Source: Polyangiales bacterium
GTDB taxonomy: Bacteria; Myxococcota_A; Polyangia; Polyangiales; Polyangiaceae
Direction of reading: 5' to 3'
DNA: 64,000 bases
Assembly (NCBI GenBank): GCA_038231275.1
Contig: JBBRLQ010000031.1
Span: 25,611-89,610 of the forward strand
Shown here: one piece after another, positions 1-9,091 of the stretch
Layout: every line of letters begins with the position of its first letter
Position numbering within the stretch: the first letter of the stretch is position 1
The notes under the pieces: generated by a model
Database searches by the model: none
What the model saw: only the letters and a program-made list of their open reading frames with translations
Told to the model about the DNA's origin: nothing
Made by a program: the position numbers and the translations under genes

Positions 1-282
1 CGCTACGGTGCGAGCGGCAACAGCTTCGTCGCGATCGTGGAGCTGTTACCCGATGGGCCGCGTGCGATGGCGGTGACCGCCGGCGGGGCGAGCGGCGATC
101 CGACGTCACGGCACTACGCCGACCAAATGGATCGCTACGCGAGCGGCCGTCTTCGCCCGGTGTATTTTCGCGCGCAAGACCTCGCCGGTCACACCGAGCG
201 TGTCTACCGCCCAGGCGACCGCCCACGCGCATCGGCCGATCAGCGGAGCGCGTCGGGCGTCGGGACTCCGTCGCGCTTGTAG
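1..282 (+). CDS. Penicillin acylase / Ntn-hydrolase family protein, C-terminal fragment (5' end outside window)
   Basis: Frame 1 is open from base 1: GNSFVAIVEL...GGASGDPTSRHYADQ...Y..G, typical acylase beta-chain C-terminus; 3' end overlaps the next gene by 43 bp. Confidence 0.7.
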   Translation, partial: RYGASGNSFVAIVELLPDGPRAMAVTAGGASGDPTSRHYADQMDRYASGRLRPVYFRAQDLAGHTERVYRPGDRPRASADQRSASGVGTPSRL

Positions 283-1694
283 ACGACGCCCCCCTTCATG
301 ACGAACGACACCCGCTCGAGCGCGGTGACGTCGGCGAGGGGATCGGCGTCCACAGCGACGAGATCGGCGAGCCTTCCAACCTCGATCGCGCCTAGCTCCT
401 TGCCGCGATCGAGGAGGTCCGCGGCCACCGTCGTGGCCGACTGGATGGCAGCCATCGGCGTCATTCCGTACTGGACCATGAACCCGAACTCGCGCGCCTG
501 GAGCTGCGTCCACGGGAACCCGCCCGCGTCGGTGCCGAACGCGATGCGCACGTTCTTCTTAACGGCCTTTCCGAACGCGACGCGCTCGGCGTCGACGAGC
601 TTGGGCCACACCCCTTTGCGCGCCGGCGCGACGTCGATGCCGACGCCGATGGTGGGGCACCAGTAGACCTTGGCGCGCACCATACGATCGAGCAGCTCGT
701 CGTCCAATCCGTCGCCGTGCTCGATCGTGTCGACGCCGGCGCGAAGGGCAGCGTCGATGCCGTCCCACCCGATCGCGTGCGCCGCGACGCGCTTGCCGAG
801 CCGGTGCGCCTCCCGCACGATCGCCTTGGCTTCTTCGTCGTTGAAGTTGACCATCGAGCACACCGCGTGTGCGCACGGGCCCTCGGACGACGTGAAATAG
901 CGACGATCGGCGTAGAATTTGATGAGATCGGCGCCGTACTTCACCTGCTCGCGCACAGCGCGCGTGACACCGTCGACGCCGTCGGCGATCTGCACGCCTT
1001 CCGGCATCTTGAGCTCCCACGAGTAGCCGAGGACCGGGTACATGCCGGTGGGCGCGAGCGCGCGCGTGGCCACGAAGAGGCGTGGCCCGGGGATGACGCC
1101 CCGCTCGATCGCCTTCTTCACGTCGACGTCGGCGTACATCGCCCCTTCGGTCTCGAGATCGCGCATCGACGTGAACCCCGCGAGGAGCGCGGTGCGCGCG
1201 GCGGCGGTCGCGCGGATGGCGCGGTACGGGATGCTCTCCTTCAAGATCTGCTCGTCGTACTCCTCGGAGGTCGCATCGCCTTGGAGGAGGACATGCGTGT
1301 GCGCGTCGATGAGTCCCGGCAGCAGCGTGGCGCCGTGGAGATCGATTCGACGATTCGGCGGCGCGCGATCTTGGAGCTGCGCGCGCGTGCCGATCTCTTT
1401 GATGCGACCGTCGACGACGAGCACCGCGACGTCCGCGCGCGGCGTGGCGGCGATCCCATCGATCATCTTGGCCGCCAGGATCACGGTGGGCTCGCCGGGC
1501 CCCGCGTCCGCAGTGGCGACGCGCGGCGTCGGCGTGAGGGGAGCGACCGGAGCGTTGAGCGTTGCTTGGCTCAGCGCAGGAGGCTCGCCCGATTGCCGGT
1601 CACTTTCGCTGCGCGCACACCCGACCGGCAGCAGCGAAAGCGTCGCCACGACGAGAGCTCGGACCTCGAGGCTACGGAGGAAGACCATCGTCAT
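240..1694 (-). CDS. Amidohydrolase family metallo-hydrolase (Xaa-Pro dipeptidase-like), probable lipoprotein
   Basis: PGLIDAHTH, IKF, AAHA, TIEHG, FGTDAG, G.IE.G..AD motifs; start re-picked at ATG 1694 (MTMVFLR...LPVGC lipobox-like). Confidence 0.85.
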   Translation of the reverse strand: MTMVFLRSLEVRALVVATLSLLPVGCARSESDRQSGEPPALSQATLNAPVAPLTPTPRVATADAGPGEPTVILAAKMIDGIAATPRADVAVLVVDGRIKEIGTRAQLQDRAPPNRRIDLHGATLLPGLIDAHTHVLLQGDATSEEYDEQILKESIPYRAIRATAAARTALLAGFTSMRDLETEGAMYADVDVKKAIERGVIPGPRLFVATRALAPTGMYPVLGYSWELKMPEGVQIADGVDGVTRAVREQVKYGADLIKFYADRRYFTSSEGPCAHAVCSMVNFNDEEAKAIVREAHRLGKRVAAHAIGWDGIDAALRAGVDTIEHGDGLDDELLDRMVRAKVYWCPTIGVGIDVAPARKGVWPKLVDAERVAFGKAVKKNVRIAFGTDAGGFPWTQLQAREFGFMVQYGMTPMAAIQSATTVAADLLDRGKELGAIEVGRLADLVAVDADPLADVTALERVSFVMKGGVVYKRDGVPTPDALR

Positions 1695-1777
1695 GGCGCC
1701 ACGATGAACGAGAACGCGGGAGTGGGAAAATAAGCCGGTCCCGCCGCCGGTCTCCCGCGCCGCGCGGCGCGGTCGCG

Positions 1778-2836
1778 CTACCGCGACGTGGTGGCGCGCA
1801 GGGCGATCGCCGCGGCGAAGAGCTCGTCGTGCGCGGCCGGGCGCGCCGCGCGGATCGTGATATTTTCGCGTGTAGGGTACACACGATTGGTCAAGAGCGT
1901 CACGACCGTCTGCGCGTCGGGATCGATCCAGACGCTCGTGCCCGTGAAGCCGAGGTGACCGAAGGTCCGTGGCCCCATGCGCGTCCCGGCGCTCGATCCC
2001 TCGGGGCTCTTGCCGTCCCATCCCGCGAGCAGCGATCCACCTTGCCGCGGACGCGTCATCCACGCGAGTCCCGGTTCGTCCCGCACGGCGTCGTGCGCCG
2101 CCGCGCCGAGGGCGATGACGGCCGCGACCGTCCCGAACATCCCTGCGTGCCCCGAGCCGCCCGTTCCCGTTAGCGCCCACGCGTTCTCGTCGTGGACCAC
2201 GCCGCGCACGACGCCACCACGCCACGCCACGTCCTCGGTCGCCGCCACGCGCGCATCGAAGTCCTTCCCGCCCGCGCGTTCGGCGAGCGTGCGCGCGGTG
2301 CCGAGCGTGTCCTCGAGCCCGAGGCGCTTCACCACGACGCGCTCGATCGCCTCCCCCGCGTCGCGCGCGCCGACGTGACGCGCGAGCGCGACGCCCGCGA
2401 GGACGTAGCCGAGATCGCTGTAGACCGGCGCGAAGCCTCCGCGTGGAGCCTCTCCTTTCGCGTCCGCCCTTCGCGCGTCGCCCGCACGCGCGATCGCGGA
2501 CGGGACGTCGACGGACTCCCCCGCGAGGAGCGGCGCATACAGAGGAAGGTGCGCCTCGAGCCCTGCGCGATGCGCCAGCAGCAGCTCGAGCGGAACCGCT
2601 CCGCTCGCGGTTCCCTTAGCCTCCGCGACGAGATCACCAAGCGTCGCGCGCACGTCGAGGCCGCTCCACCCGATCGCGAGCGCCGTCATCGGCTTCGTGA
2701 GGCTCGCGAGATCGAAGTACGTCTCTGTCGCGCCAGCGGTGGCCGTCACCCACACGCCCCCCTGCGCAGCGGCCGCCCCGGTCGCGACGACACCCGCAAC
2801 CCCCTCTTCGATAAGCCGTTCGATGAGCGCCTTCAC
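1778..2836 (-). CDS. Serine hydrolase, beta-lactamase/class C-like family
   Basis: FDLASLTK (SxxK), LLAHRAGL, YSDLGY, HDENA, GHAGMF, GHLGFTGTS; GTG start uncertain. Confidence 0.85.
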   Translation of the reverse strand: MKALIERLIEEGVAGVVATGAAAAQGGVWVTATAGATETYFDLASLTKPMTALAIGWSGLDVRATLGDLVAEAKGTASGAVPLELLLAHRAGLEAHLPLYAPLLAGESVDVPSAIARAGDARRADAKGEAPRGGFAPVYSDLGYVLAGVALARHVGARDAGEAIERVVVKRLGLEDTLGTARTLAERAGGKDFDARVAATEDVAWRGGVVRGVVHDENAWALTGTGGSGHAGMFGTVAAVIALGAAAHDAVRDEPGLAWMTRPRQGGSLLAGWDGKSPEGSSAGTRMGPRTFGHLGFTGTSVWIDPDAQTVVTLLTNRVYPTRENITIRAARPAAHDELFAAAIALRATTSR

Positions 2837-2883
2837 TGCCGAGTCCTTTGACCGTCGCCGCGTTCGCCAAGTACCCTTTGAGC

Positions 2884-4095
2884 ATGGCCGAGTTCGTGTG
2901 GGAAGCGCGCGCGCGTACAGGCGAGCTTCGCAAGGGCAGCATGGAGGCGGACGACGCCGACGCGGTGAACAACCGCCTGCGTTCGCAGCAGCTCACGCCG
3001 ACCAAGGTCAAGAAGAAGTCCAAGGGCTTCAACTTCTCGCTCGGCTCCGGCGTCAACGCGAAGGATCTCGTCACCTTCACGCGACTCTTCGCGACGATGA
3101 TCGATGCCGGTCTCCCCATCGTCCAGTGCCTCGAGATCTTGCAGGGCCAGACCGACAACAAGGCTTTCGCTACCGTGCTCCGCGACGTGAAAGCGAACGT
3201 CGAGCAGGGCTCCACCTTCAGCGACTCGCTCCGCAAGCACCCGAAGGTGTTCGACGCGCTCTACGTCAACCTCGTCCAAGCCGGCGAGGTCGGCGGCATC
3301 CTCGACACGATCCTGAACCGTCTCGCGGTCTACAACGAAAAAGCCGCGAAGCTGCGTCGCCAGGTCCGCGGCGCGATGGTCTATCCGAGCGCCGTCCTCG
3401 TGATCTTCATGGTCGTCCTCGGCATCTTGCTCGGCTGGGTCATCCCGTCGTTCAAGACGATCTTCAAAGATCTCGGCAGCAAGGACGACTTGCCGGCCCT
3501 GACCGAGATCGTCATCAAGGTCAGCGAGATCTTCGTCGGCTACTTGCCGCTCATCGTCCTCGGGCTCGTCGGCCTCGGCGTGCTGGCGGTCACCATTTAC
3601 CGGAGACCACGCGGAAAACGGTTCGCGCACAAGGCGATCTTGGCGATGCCCATCGTCGGCATCGTCATGAAGAAGATCGCCGTCGCGCGCTTCACGCGAA
3701 CGCTCGGCACGCTCCTCGCGTCGGGCGTTCCCATCCTCGACGCGCTCGAGATCGTCGCGAAGACCGCCGGCAACGTGGTCATCGAAGAAGGCATCATGTA
3801 CACGCGGCAGAAGATCAGCGAGGGCAAGAACATGGCCTCCCCGCTGATGGAGACGAACGTCTTCCCGCCGATGGTCGTGCAGATGGTCGGCGTCGGCGAG
3901 CAGACCGGCGCGCTCGACGCGATGCTCAACAAGATCGCCGATTTCTACGAAGAAGAGGTCGACGTCGCGGTCGCCTCACTGACGAGCCTCATCGAGCCGA
4001 TCATGATGGTCGGCATCGGCGGCACCGTCGGCGTCGTCCTCATCGCGATGTACCTCCCTATTTTCAGCATCGCCGGCAAGATCAAGGCGGACTGA
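2884..4095 (+). CDS. pilC: Type IV pilus inner-membrane platform protein PilC (T2SS F family)
   Basis: FTRLFATMIDAGLP, AGEVGGILD, AMVYP, VGEQTGALD, LIEP, AMYLPIF; start at ATG 2884. Confidence 0.93.
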   Translation: MAEFVWEARARTGELRKGSMEADDADAVNNRLRSQQLTPTKVKKKSKGFNFSLGSGVNAKDLVTFTRLFATMIDAGLPIVQCLEILQGQTDNKAFATVLRDVKANVEQGSTFSDSLRKHPKVFDALYVNLVQAGEVGGILDTILNRLAVYNEKAAKLRRQVRGAMVYPSAVLVIFMVVLGILLGWVIPSFKTIFKDLGSKDDLPALTEIVIKVSEIFVGYLPLIVLGLVGLGVLAVTIYRRPRGKRFAHKAILAMPIVGIVMKKIAVARFTRTLGTLLASGVPILDALEIVAKTAGNVVIEEGIMYTRQKISEGKNMASPLMETNVFPPMVVQMVGVGEQTGALDAMLNKIADFYEEEVDVAVASLTSLIEPIMMVGIGGTVGVVLIAMYLPIFSIAGKIKAD

Positions 4096-4120
4096 TCAAG
4101 ACGCTCCCCCGAGGGGCCGC

Positions 4121-5446
4121 ATGAAGCTCGGCACGGCCCAGAGCGACGGATTGGCGACGAGGCTCGCGTGGGTCACCGCGCTGCGCCTCGGCTTCTTGAT
4201 GCTGCTCCTCGGAGCGCTGGCGACGTCGTACCTGCGCGGCGGGCTCGAGGACTATCCGCACACGATGCGGATCGTGTTCCTCACGATCGGCGCGTCGTTC
4301 GCGCTCGGCGCGGCGTACGGCGTCGCGCTGCGGCGCGGGAAAGACCTCGCGCGCCTCGCGATCGCGCAGATCGTTTGCGATCAGCTGACGTGGACCGCGA
4401 TCGTCTACGTGTCGGGCGGCGCGACGAGCGGCGCCACGTCGTTCTACGCGCTCACGTGCCTCCTCGGCGCGATCCTCGCGGGTGAGCGCGGCGCGGCGGT
4501 TGCGGCGGCGGTCGGCGCGTCCTTGTACGGCGTCATGTGTGCCGCGTTCGCGCTGCATTGGATCTTGCCGCCCTCCGATCAGGGAGCCGCCAACTATACG
4601 ACCGAGGTCCGCGAGCTCATCTATCCGCTACTCGTGAACCTCCTCGGGATCGCGGTCGTCGCGCTCTTGGCGGGGTACCTCGCGGTGCGCCTTCGCCTCA
4701 CGGGCGGCGCGCTCGAGGACGCACAACGTCGCGCGCTCGAAGCCGAGCGGCTCGCCGTCCTCGGCACGCTCGCGACCGGTCTCGCGCACGAGATCCGAAA
4801 TCCGCTCGGCTCGATCTCCGGCTCGATCGAGATGCTGCGCGAGTCGCCGGCCCTCTCCGCGGAGGACAAGCAGCTGTGCGGCATCGTCCGCCGCGAGGCC
4901 GCGCGCCTGAACAACCTCGTCACCGACATGATGGACTACGCGAAGCCGAGATCGCCGAACCCCGAATCGGTGGACGTCGCGGCGCTCGCGCGGGAGGTCG
5001 TCGAACTCGCGGCGCGTTCGGACCGGAGCGGCGCGGGCGACGTGACGGTGAGCTACGAAGGGCCGCAACAGGCCACGCTCGCGCGGTGCGACGGCGCGCA
5101 GATGCGTCAGGTCTTGTGGAACCTCGTGCGCAACGCAGTGCAGGCGAGCGGCGCGGGCTCACAGGTGACGGTGCGGGTGGTGCCAGGTCCAAAGACCGTC
5201 GCGCTGTCGGTGCAGGACCGCGGCCCAGGCCTCCCCGAAGAGGCGCGCGCGCGCATCTTCGACGCGTTCTACACGACGCGCTCGCATGGCGTCGGCATCG
5301 GGCTCGCCGTGGTGAAGCGCATCATCGACGACCACGCCCCCTTCGGCGCGCGGATCGACGTCGCGAGTCCCGACGGAGGCGGCGCGCGGTTCACGGTCGA
5401 GCTCTCGACGGTCCTCACGCGTCGGCTCCCGCTCGCGCCGCGGTGA
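4121..5446 (+). CDS. pilS: Membrane sensor histidine kinase, PilS-like
   Basis: About 6 TM helices; H-box AHEIRNPL, NLVRNA, DRGPG, GVGIGL; follows pilC as in myxobacterial pil loci. Confidence 0.75.
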   Translation: MKLGTAQSDGLATRLAWVTALRLGFLMLLLGALATSYLRGGLEDYPHTMRIVFLTIGASFALGAAYGVALRRGKDLARLAIAQIVCDQLTWTAIVYVSGGATSGATSFYALTCLLGAILAGERGAAVAAAVGASLYGVMCAAFALHWILPPSDQGAANYTTEVRELIYPLLVNLLGIAVVALLAGYLAVRLRLTGGALEDAQRRALEAERLAVLGTLATGLAHEIRNPLGSISGSIEMLRESPALSAEDKQLCGIVRREAARLNNLVTDMMDYAKPRSPNPESVDVAALAREVVELAARSDRSGAGDVTVSYEGPQQATLARCDGAQMRQVLWNLVRNAVQASGAGSQVTVRVVPGPKTVALSVQDRGPGLPEEARARIFDAFYTTRSHGVGIGLAVVKRIIDDHAPFGARIDVASPDGGGARFTVELSTVLTRRLPLAPR

Positions 5447-5629
5447 CGGCTACGCAGCACGCAACCGCACGGTTCGTGCCGGCATCCAATGGACGAATTG
5501 TGAGCGATTTCGTAAACATGGAACAAGGTGAATCGGGCCGGTTGCTGTCCCGTCTGACCTGCAGCAAATAGAAAGACCCCCGCGGCGTGCTCCTGAGCCG
5601 CCCCGCGCGGGAACCCGGAAGAAAGCCCC

Positions 5630-6283
5630 ATGAAACGCACCCGCTTCTCGCGCGCCTCGCTCGCCTCCCTCGCGCTCCTTGCCTGCCTCGCCTTCGCAGG
5701 CTCCGCCTCGGCCGACGAGGGCGCGCAAAAATTCGTCCAGTCCGAGCACGTGAAGCTCGAGTTGCTCCTCCGCCAGCCGGCCTCCGCCGCGCGCGACGGG
5801 CAGGTCACGCACACGCTCGACACGATGGTCGACTACGACGAGCTCGCGCGCCGCGCCTTCGGGCAGCCGTGCCCGATGAACCACTCGTCGTGCACGAACC
5901 ACTGGGGCGAGCTCACCGCGCAGCAGCAGGAAGAGGTCGCCGGCCTCCTGAAGCGCCTCGTCGAGAAGAACTACCGGAAGAACCTGATCAAGACGCTCGA
6001 CTACGAGGTCACCTACAAGGGTCAGAAGGAAGTCGGCGGCGACTCGAAGATCCGCACCGAGGCGAAGAGCAAGCTGAAGCCGCGCGATCCGGCGGTGCAG
6101 GTCGACTACGTCGTGAAGCCGGCGTCGAACGGCGTGGGGTACCGCGTCGTCGACATCGTGACCGAGGGCTCGAGCCTCACGAAGAACTACTACGATCAGT
6201 TCCACAAGATGCTGACGACCGCGGGCCAGGGCTATCCGCACATCGTCAAGAAACTGAACGAGAAGATCGCGAAGCCGGACTGA
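5630..6283 (+). CDS. MlaC/Ttg2D-like phospholipid-binding periplasmic protein
   Basis: Signal peptide (ASA-DE), VDYDELARRAFG, W..LT..QQ, VDY, YRVVDIVTEGSSL..NYYDQF. Confidence 0.75.
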   Translation: MKRTRFSRASLASLALLACLAFAGSASADEGAQKFVQSEHVKLELLLRQPASAARDGQVTHTLDTMVDYDELARRAFGQPCPMNHSSCTNHWGELTAQQQEEVAGLLKRLVEKNYRKNLIKTLDYEVTYKGQKEVGGDSKIRTEAKSKLKPRDPAVQVDYVVKPASNGVGYRVVDIVTEGSSLTKNYYDQFHKMLTTAGQGYPHIVKKLNEKIAKPD

Positions 6284-6305
6284 GAGCGAACGTCGTCGAA
6301 CGGGC

Positions 6306-7442
6306 TCAGTTCGCGAGCTCGCAGAGGTAGGGGCGCGGCGTCGTGCCGTCGTCGGCGTGCGCGAGCTGCGTGTCATACGCCGACGTCGACAGGCTGATGT
6401 ACGCGAACGCGGTGTTCGCTCCGCTCGGCTGGTTGTCTCCCCACTCGAGCGGGTACTGCGTCACCGGCGCGCCGTCGGCCCACGCCCACGTGCCTCCCTT
6501 GCCGCGCACGAGGCCGATCCAGATCTCCGGGATCGGGGCCGGCGGCAGGAAGGACGCGAGCTCGCGCGCGAGCTGCTCTCGCCCTTCGCGCGTTTCGAAG
6601 ACGACGAGCCTGGCCCCGTTCGACGTGCAGCGATCGGCGGCCTCCTGCGCGGTCACCGCCTCCGGGAAGTATTGGTACCGGTGTGGCGGCGTTCCGCGGG
6701 TCGCCACGCACGTCGGCTGGTTGCAGAACCTGGCGGTCGTGCCGACGGGCTCGCGCTCGCATACGACGGCGGCCTGCCCGACTCCGAGATCGGGGGTGAC
6801 CGTGACCCAGGATTGATCGATGGCCGCGCGCGCGAGGACGCACGTGGGCTTTGGCCCGCTCGCATCGGGCAAGAGCCTGGGGATATCCCTCGCGCTCCCG
6901 TCGACGTGGGCGTAGCACCCGTCGCAGTTCCGGCTCCAGCCAGGCTCCATGACCGTAGACCCGAAGGGGACATAGGTGGGCGGCGCGGCCACGGTATCGA
7001 GATTCAAGCCCACCCAGAAGTCGGCTTTCTTCCACGCCAGCACGTTCGCGAACTCGGTCTCGCTCACGAACGTCACGAGATGCCCGCCTGTGTTCTCACA
7101 CTCCGCTCGCGCGGCTTCGATTTTGGCGACCGAGGGCAACGCGAGGTAGCAGTGATCCGTCGCGGGATCGAGCAACCCGCCATCGCACATGATTTGACAC
7201 GCGTTGCAGCCGGGGGCCGCCCCATCGGCAGGGTCACAGTGCTCGCCCGCATCGAAGTCGATGATCCCATCGCCGCAAAAGCCCGAGGGAGTAGGGGGAT
7301 TTCCTGCGTCGCCCGCGTCGAATGGCGCCACGCCGGCCGTAGAAATGTTGGGGAGGCAGGACACGGCGGCCATGAACGCGGGCACGCCCACCCCCAGCGC
7401 CACCGCCGAAAGAATCAGCCGCAGTTTCGCGCGGTCCTCCAC
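6306..7442 (-). CDS. Lipoprotein with Myxococcus Cys-rich repeat and two C-type lectin-like domains
   Basis: AVSC lipobox; CGDGIID..GEHCD; two C...GGHLV/GARLV...WVGL/WIGL...W...CE modules. Confidence 0.75.
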   Translation of the reverse strand: MEDRAKLRLILSAVALGVGVPAFMAAVSCLPNISTAGVAPFDAGDAGNPPTPSGFCGDGIIDFDAGEHCDPADGAAPGCNACQIMCDGGLLDPATDHCYLALPSVAKIEAARAECENTGGHLVTFVSETEFANVLAWKKADFWVGLNLDTVAAPPTYVPFGSTVMEPGWSRNCDGCYAHVDGSARDIPRLLPDASGPKPTCVLARAAIDQSWVTVTPDLGVGQAAVVCEREPVGTTARFCNQPTCVATRGTPPHRYQYFPEAVTAQEAADRCTSNGARLVVFETREGREQLARELASFLPPAPIPEIWIGLVRGKGGTWAWADGAPVTQYPLEWGDNQPSGANTAFAYISLSTSAYDTQLAHADDGTTPRPYLCELAN

Positions 7443-7498
7443 GATCGTTACCGTAGCAAAGGCGGTGCCCGTTGCGCCAAACGGCGTAAGATAAGAAG

Positions 7499-9091
7499 GT
7501 GATGACCTCGGCGGCGACGGCGCAAGGCGAGCGGACTCGCGTGGATGTCGCCGAGAAGTACCGGTCCCTCTTCATCATCGGCCAGGGCGGAATGGGCAGC
7601 GTCGAGGTCGCCCTCGAGCGCGCAGGTACCGAGTTTCAGCGCATCGTGGCGCTGAAGCGCATGCTCCCCGCGGCCGCCAGGGACAAGCGTCACGTCGACA
7701 TGTTCCTGCGCGAGGCGCGCCTCGCCGCGCTCCTCAGCCACCCCAACGTCGTCCACGCGTTCGACTTCGGCGAGGCCAAGGGAGAGCTTTACCTCGCGAT
7801 GGAGTACGTCGAGGGGGAGCCGCTGTCCCACGTCGTCACCTCCGCGTTCGAGAAGGAGGGGCGATTCGCACCGGCGCTGGTCGCGTACATCTTCTCGGAG
7901 ATCTGCGACGGCCTCCACGCTGCGCACGAGCTGAAAGACGTCAGCGGGAAATCGCTCAACGTAGTGCACCGCGACGTGTCGCCGCACAACGTGATGGTGG
8001 CGTACGAGGGGCACGTGAAGCTCCTCGACTTCGGCGTCGCGAAGATCGAAGACGATCGCGGCGTCACCAAGACCGGCGAGGTCAAGGGGAAGACCGGGTA
8101 CATGTCGCCGGAGCAGGCGATGGGGGATCCGCTCGATAGGCGGAGCGATCTCTACGCGATCGGCGCGGTGCTCTTCGAGTGCCTCGCGGGGCGGCGCATG
8201 TGGACGGGCACCGACATGGAGGTGATCCGCAAGCTCGCGCTCGAGGAGGCGCCGCGCCTCGAGGTCGACGCGCCGGGGACGCCGCAGCCCTTGTGCGATT
8301 TGCACGCGCGGCTCGTCGCGCGCGATCGCGACGCGCGGCCTGCGACGGCGCGGGACGTGGCGGACGAGCTTCGCGCGTTCGTGGCAGAGACCGGAACGCG
8401 CCCCGACGCACGGGTGATGCGCGCGGTGATGGCGCGCCTCTTCGCGAACGAAGAGCAGCGCCGTAAGACCCAGCTCACCGACGCGCTCACGACCGTCGTG
8501 GAACCCGCCCGCATCGCGACGCTGCGCGCGAGCCTCGGTCCCATGCTGCCGATTCCGGAGCATCTCCTCGCGCCGCAACAGGCCGGCGAGGGAGAGGTGC
8601 GCGCTTCTGCCGCCACGCTCGCCGCGTACCCCTCTGCGCCGCCCCCTGCGATGGCACCGGCGCAGGCGCCCGCGATGGCTCCTGGGTTCGTTGGGGAGCC
8701 GCCAGACTCGACGAGCGCGTTCATCGCCGCGCCTCCACTTCTGTCTCGATCGCGCGTGATCGCCGTCGCGCTCGTCCTCCTCCTCGCCGCGGGTGGTGCA
8801 GGCGCCTCCGTTCTTCTCCGCCGCACCGCGACCGCGACGCCGACCCCGACTGCGATCGCGACTCCGACGCCGACTCCGATCGCGACGCCGACGCCGACGC
8901 CGACGCCGACTCCGATCGCGACGCCGACTCCGACTCCGATCGCGAAGGGCACCGCCACCGCTCCCGTTCGCCCGCGCGGCGGAGGGGGCGGTCCGCGCGT
9001 GAAGCCTGCGCCCACGCCTCCTCCTAGCGCGACGCCGACCCCTCCTCCCACCGCGAAGCCGCTCGATGTCGATCCGAACGCCGTCCCTTAG
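7499..9091 (+). CDS. Membrane Hanks-type Ser/Thr protein kinase with Pro/Thr-rich extracytoplasmic tail
   Basis: GQGGMG, VALK, HRDVSPHN, DFG, GKTGYMSPE, SDLY; one TM helix then (TP)n. Confidence 0.92.
   Translation: MMTSAATAQGERTRVDVAEKYRSLFIIGQGGMGSVEVALERAGTEFQRIVALKRMLPAAARDKRHVDMFLREARLAALLSHPNVVHAFDFGEAKGELYLAMEYVEGEPLSHVVTSAFEKEGRFAPALVAYIFSEICDGLHAAHELKDVSGKSLNVVHRDVSPHNVMVAYEGHVKLLDFGVAKIEDDRGVTKTGEVKGKTGYMSPEQAMGDPLDRRSDLYAIGAVLFECLAGRRMWTGTDMEVIRKLALEEAPRLEVDAPGTPQPLCDLHARLVARDRDARPATARDVADELRAFVAETGTRPDARVMRAVMARLFANEEQRRKTQLTDALTTVVEPARIATLRASLGPMLPIPEHLLAPQQAGEGEVRASAATLAAYPSAPPPAMAPAQAPAMAPGFVGEPPDSTSAFIAAPPLLSRSRVIAVALVLLLAAGGAGASVLLRRTATATPTPTAIATPTPTPIATPTPTPTPTPIATPTPTPIAKGTATAPVRPRGGGGGPRVKPAPTPPPSATPTPPPTAKPLDVDPNAVP
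8824..8945 (+). repeat. Coding hexamer microsatellite (ACGCCG/ACTCCG)n encoding Thr-Pro linker with IA(TP)n superunits
   Basis: ATCGCG-headed units at 8855, 8879, 8915, 8939. Confidence 0.85.

Noticed and set aside
5496..5506. AATTGTGAGCG, identical to half of the lac operator
   Set aside because: Only 11 bp, second half absent, no vector context; likely chance
8824..8945. Short tandem repeats as a possible CRISPR array (also 22010-22040, 51912-52008, 56946-57010)
   Set aside because: In-frame coding microsatellites without spacers; no cas genes
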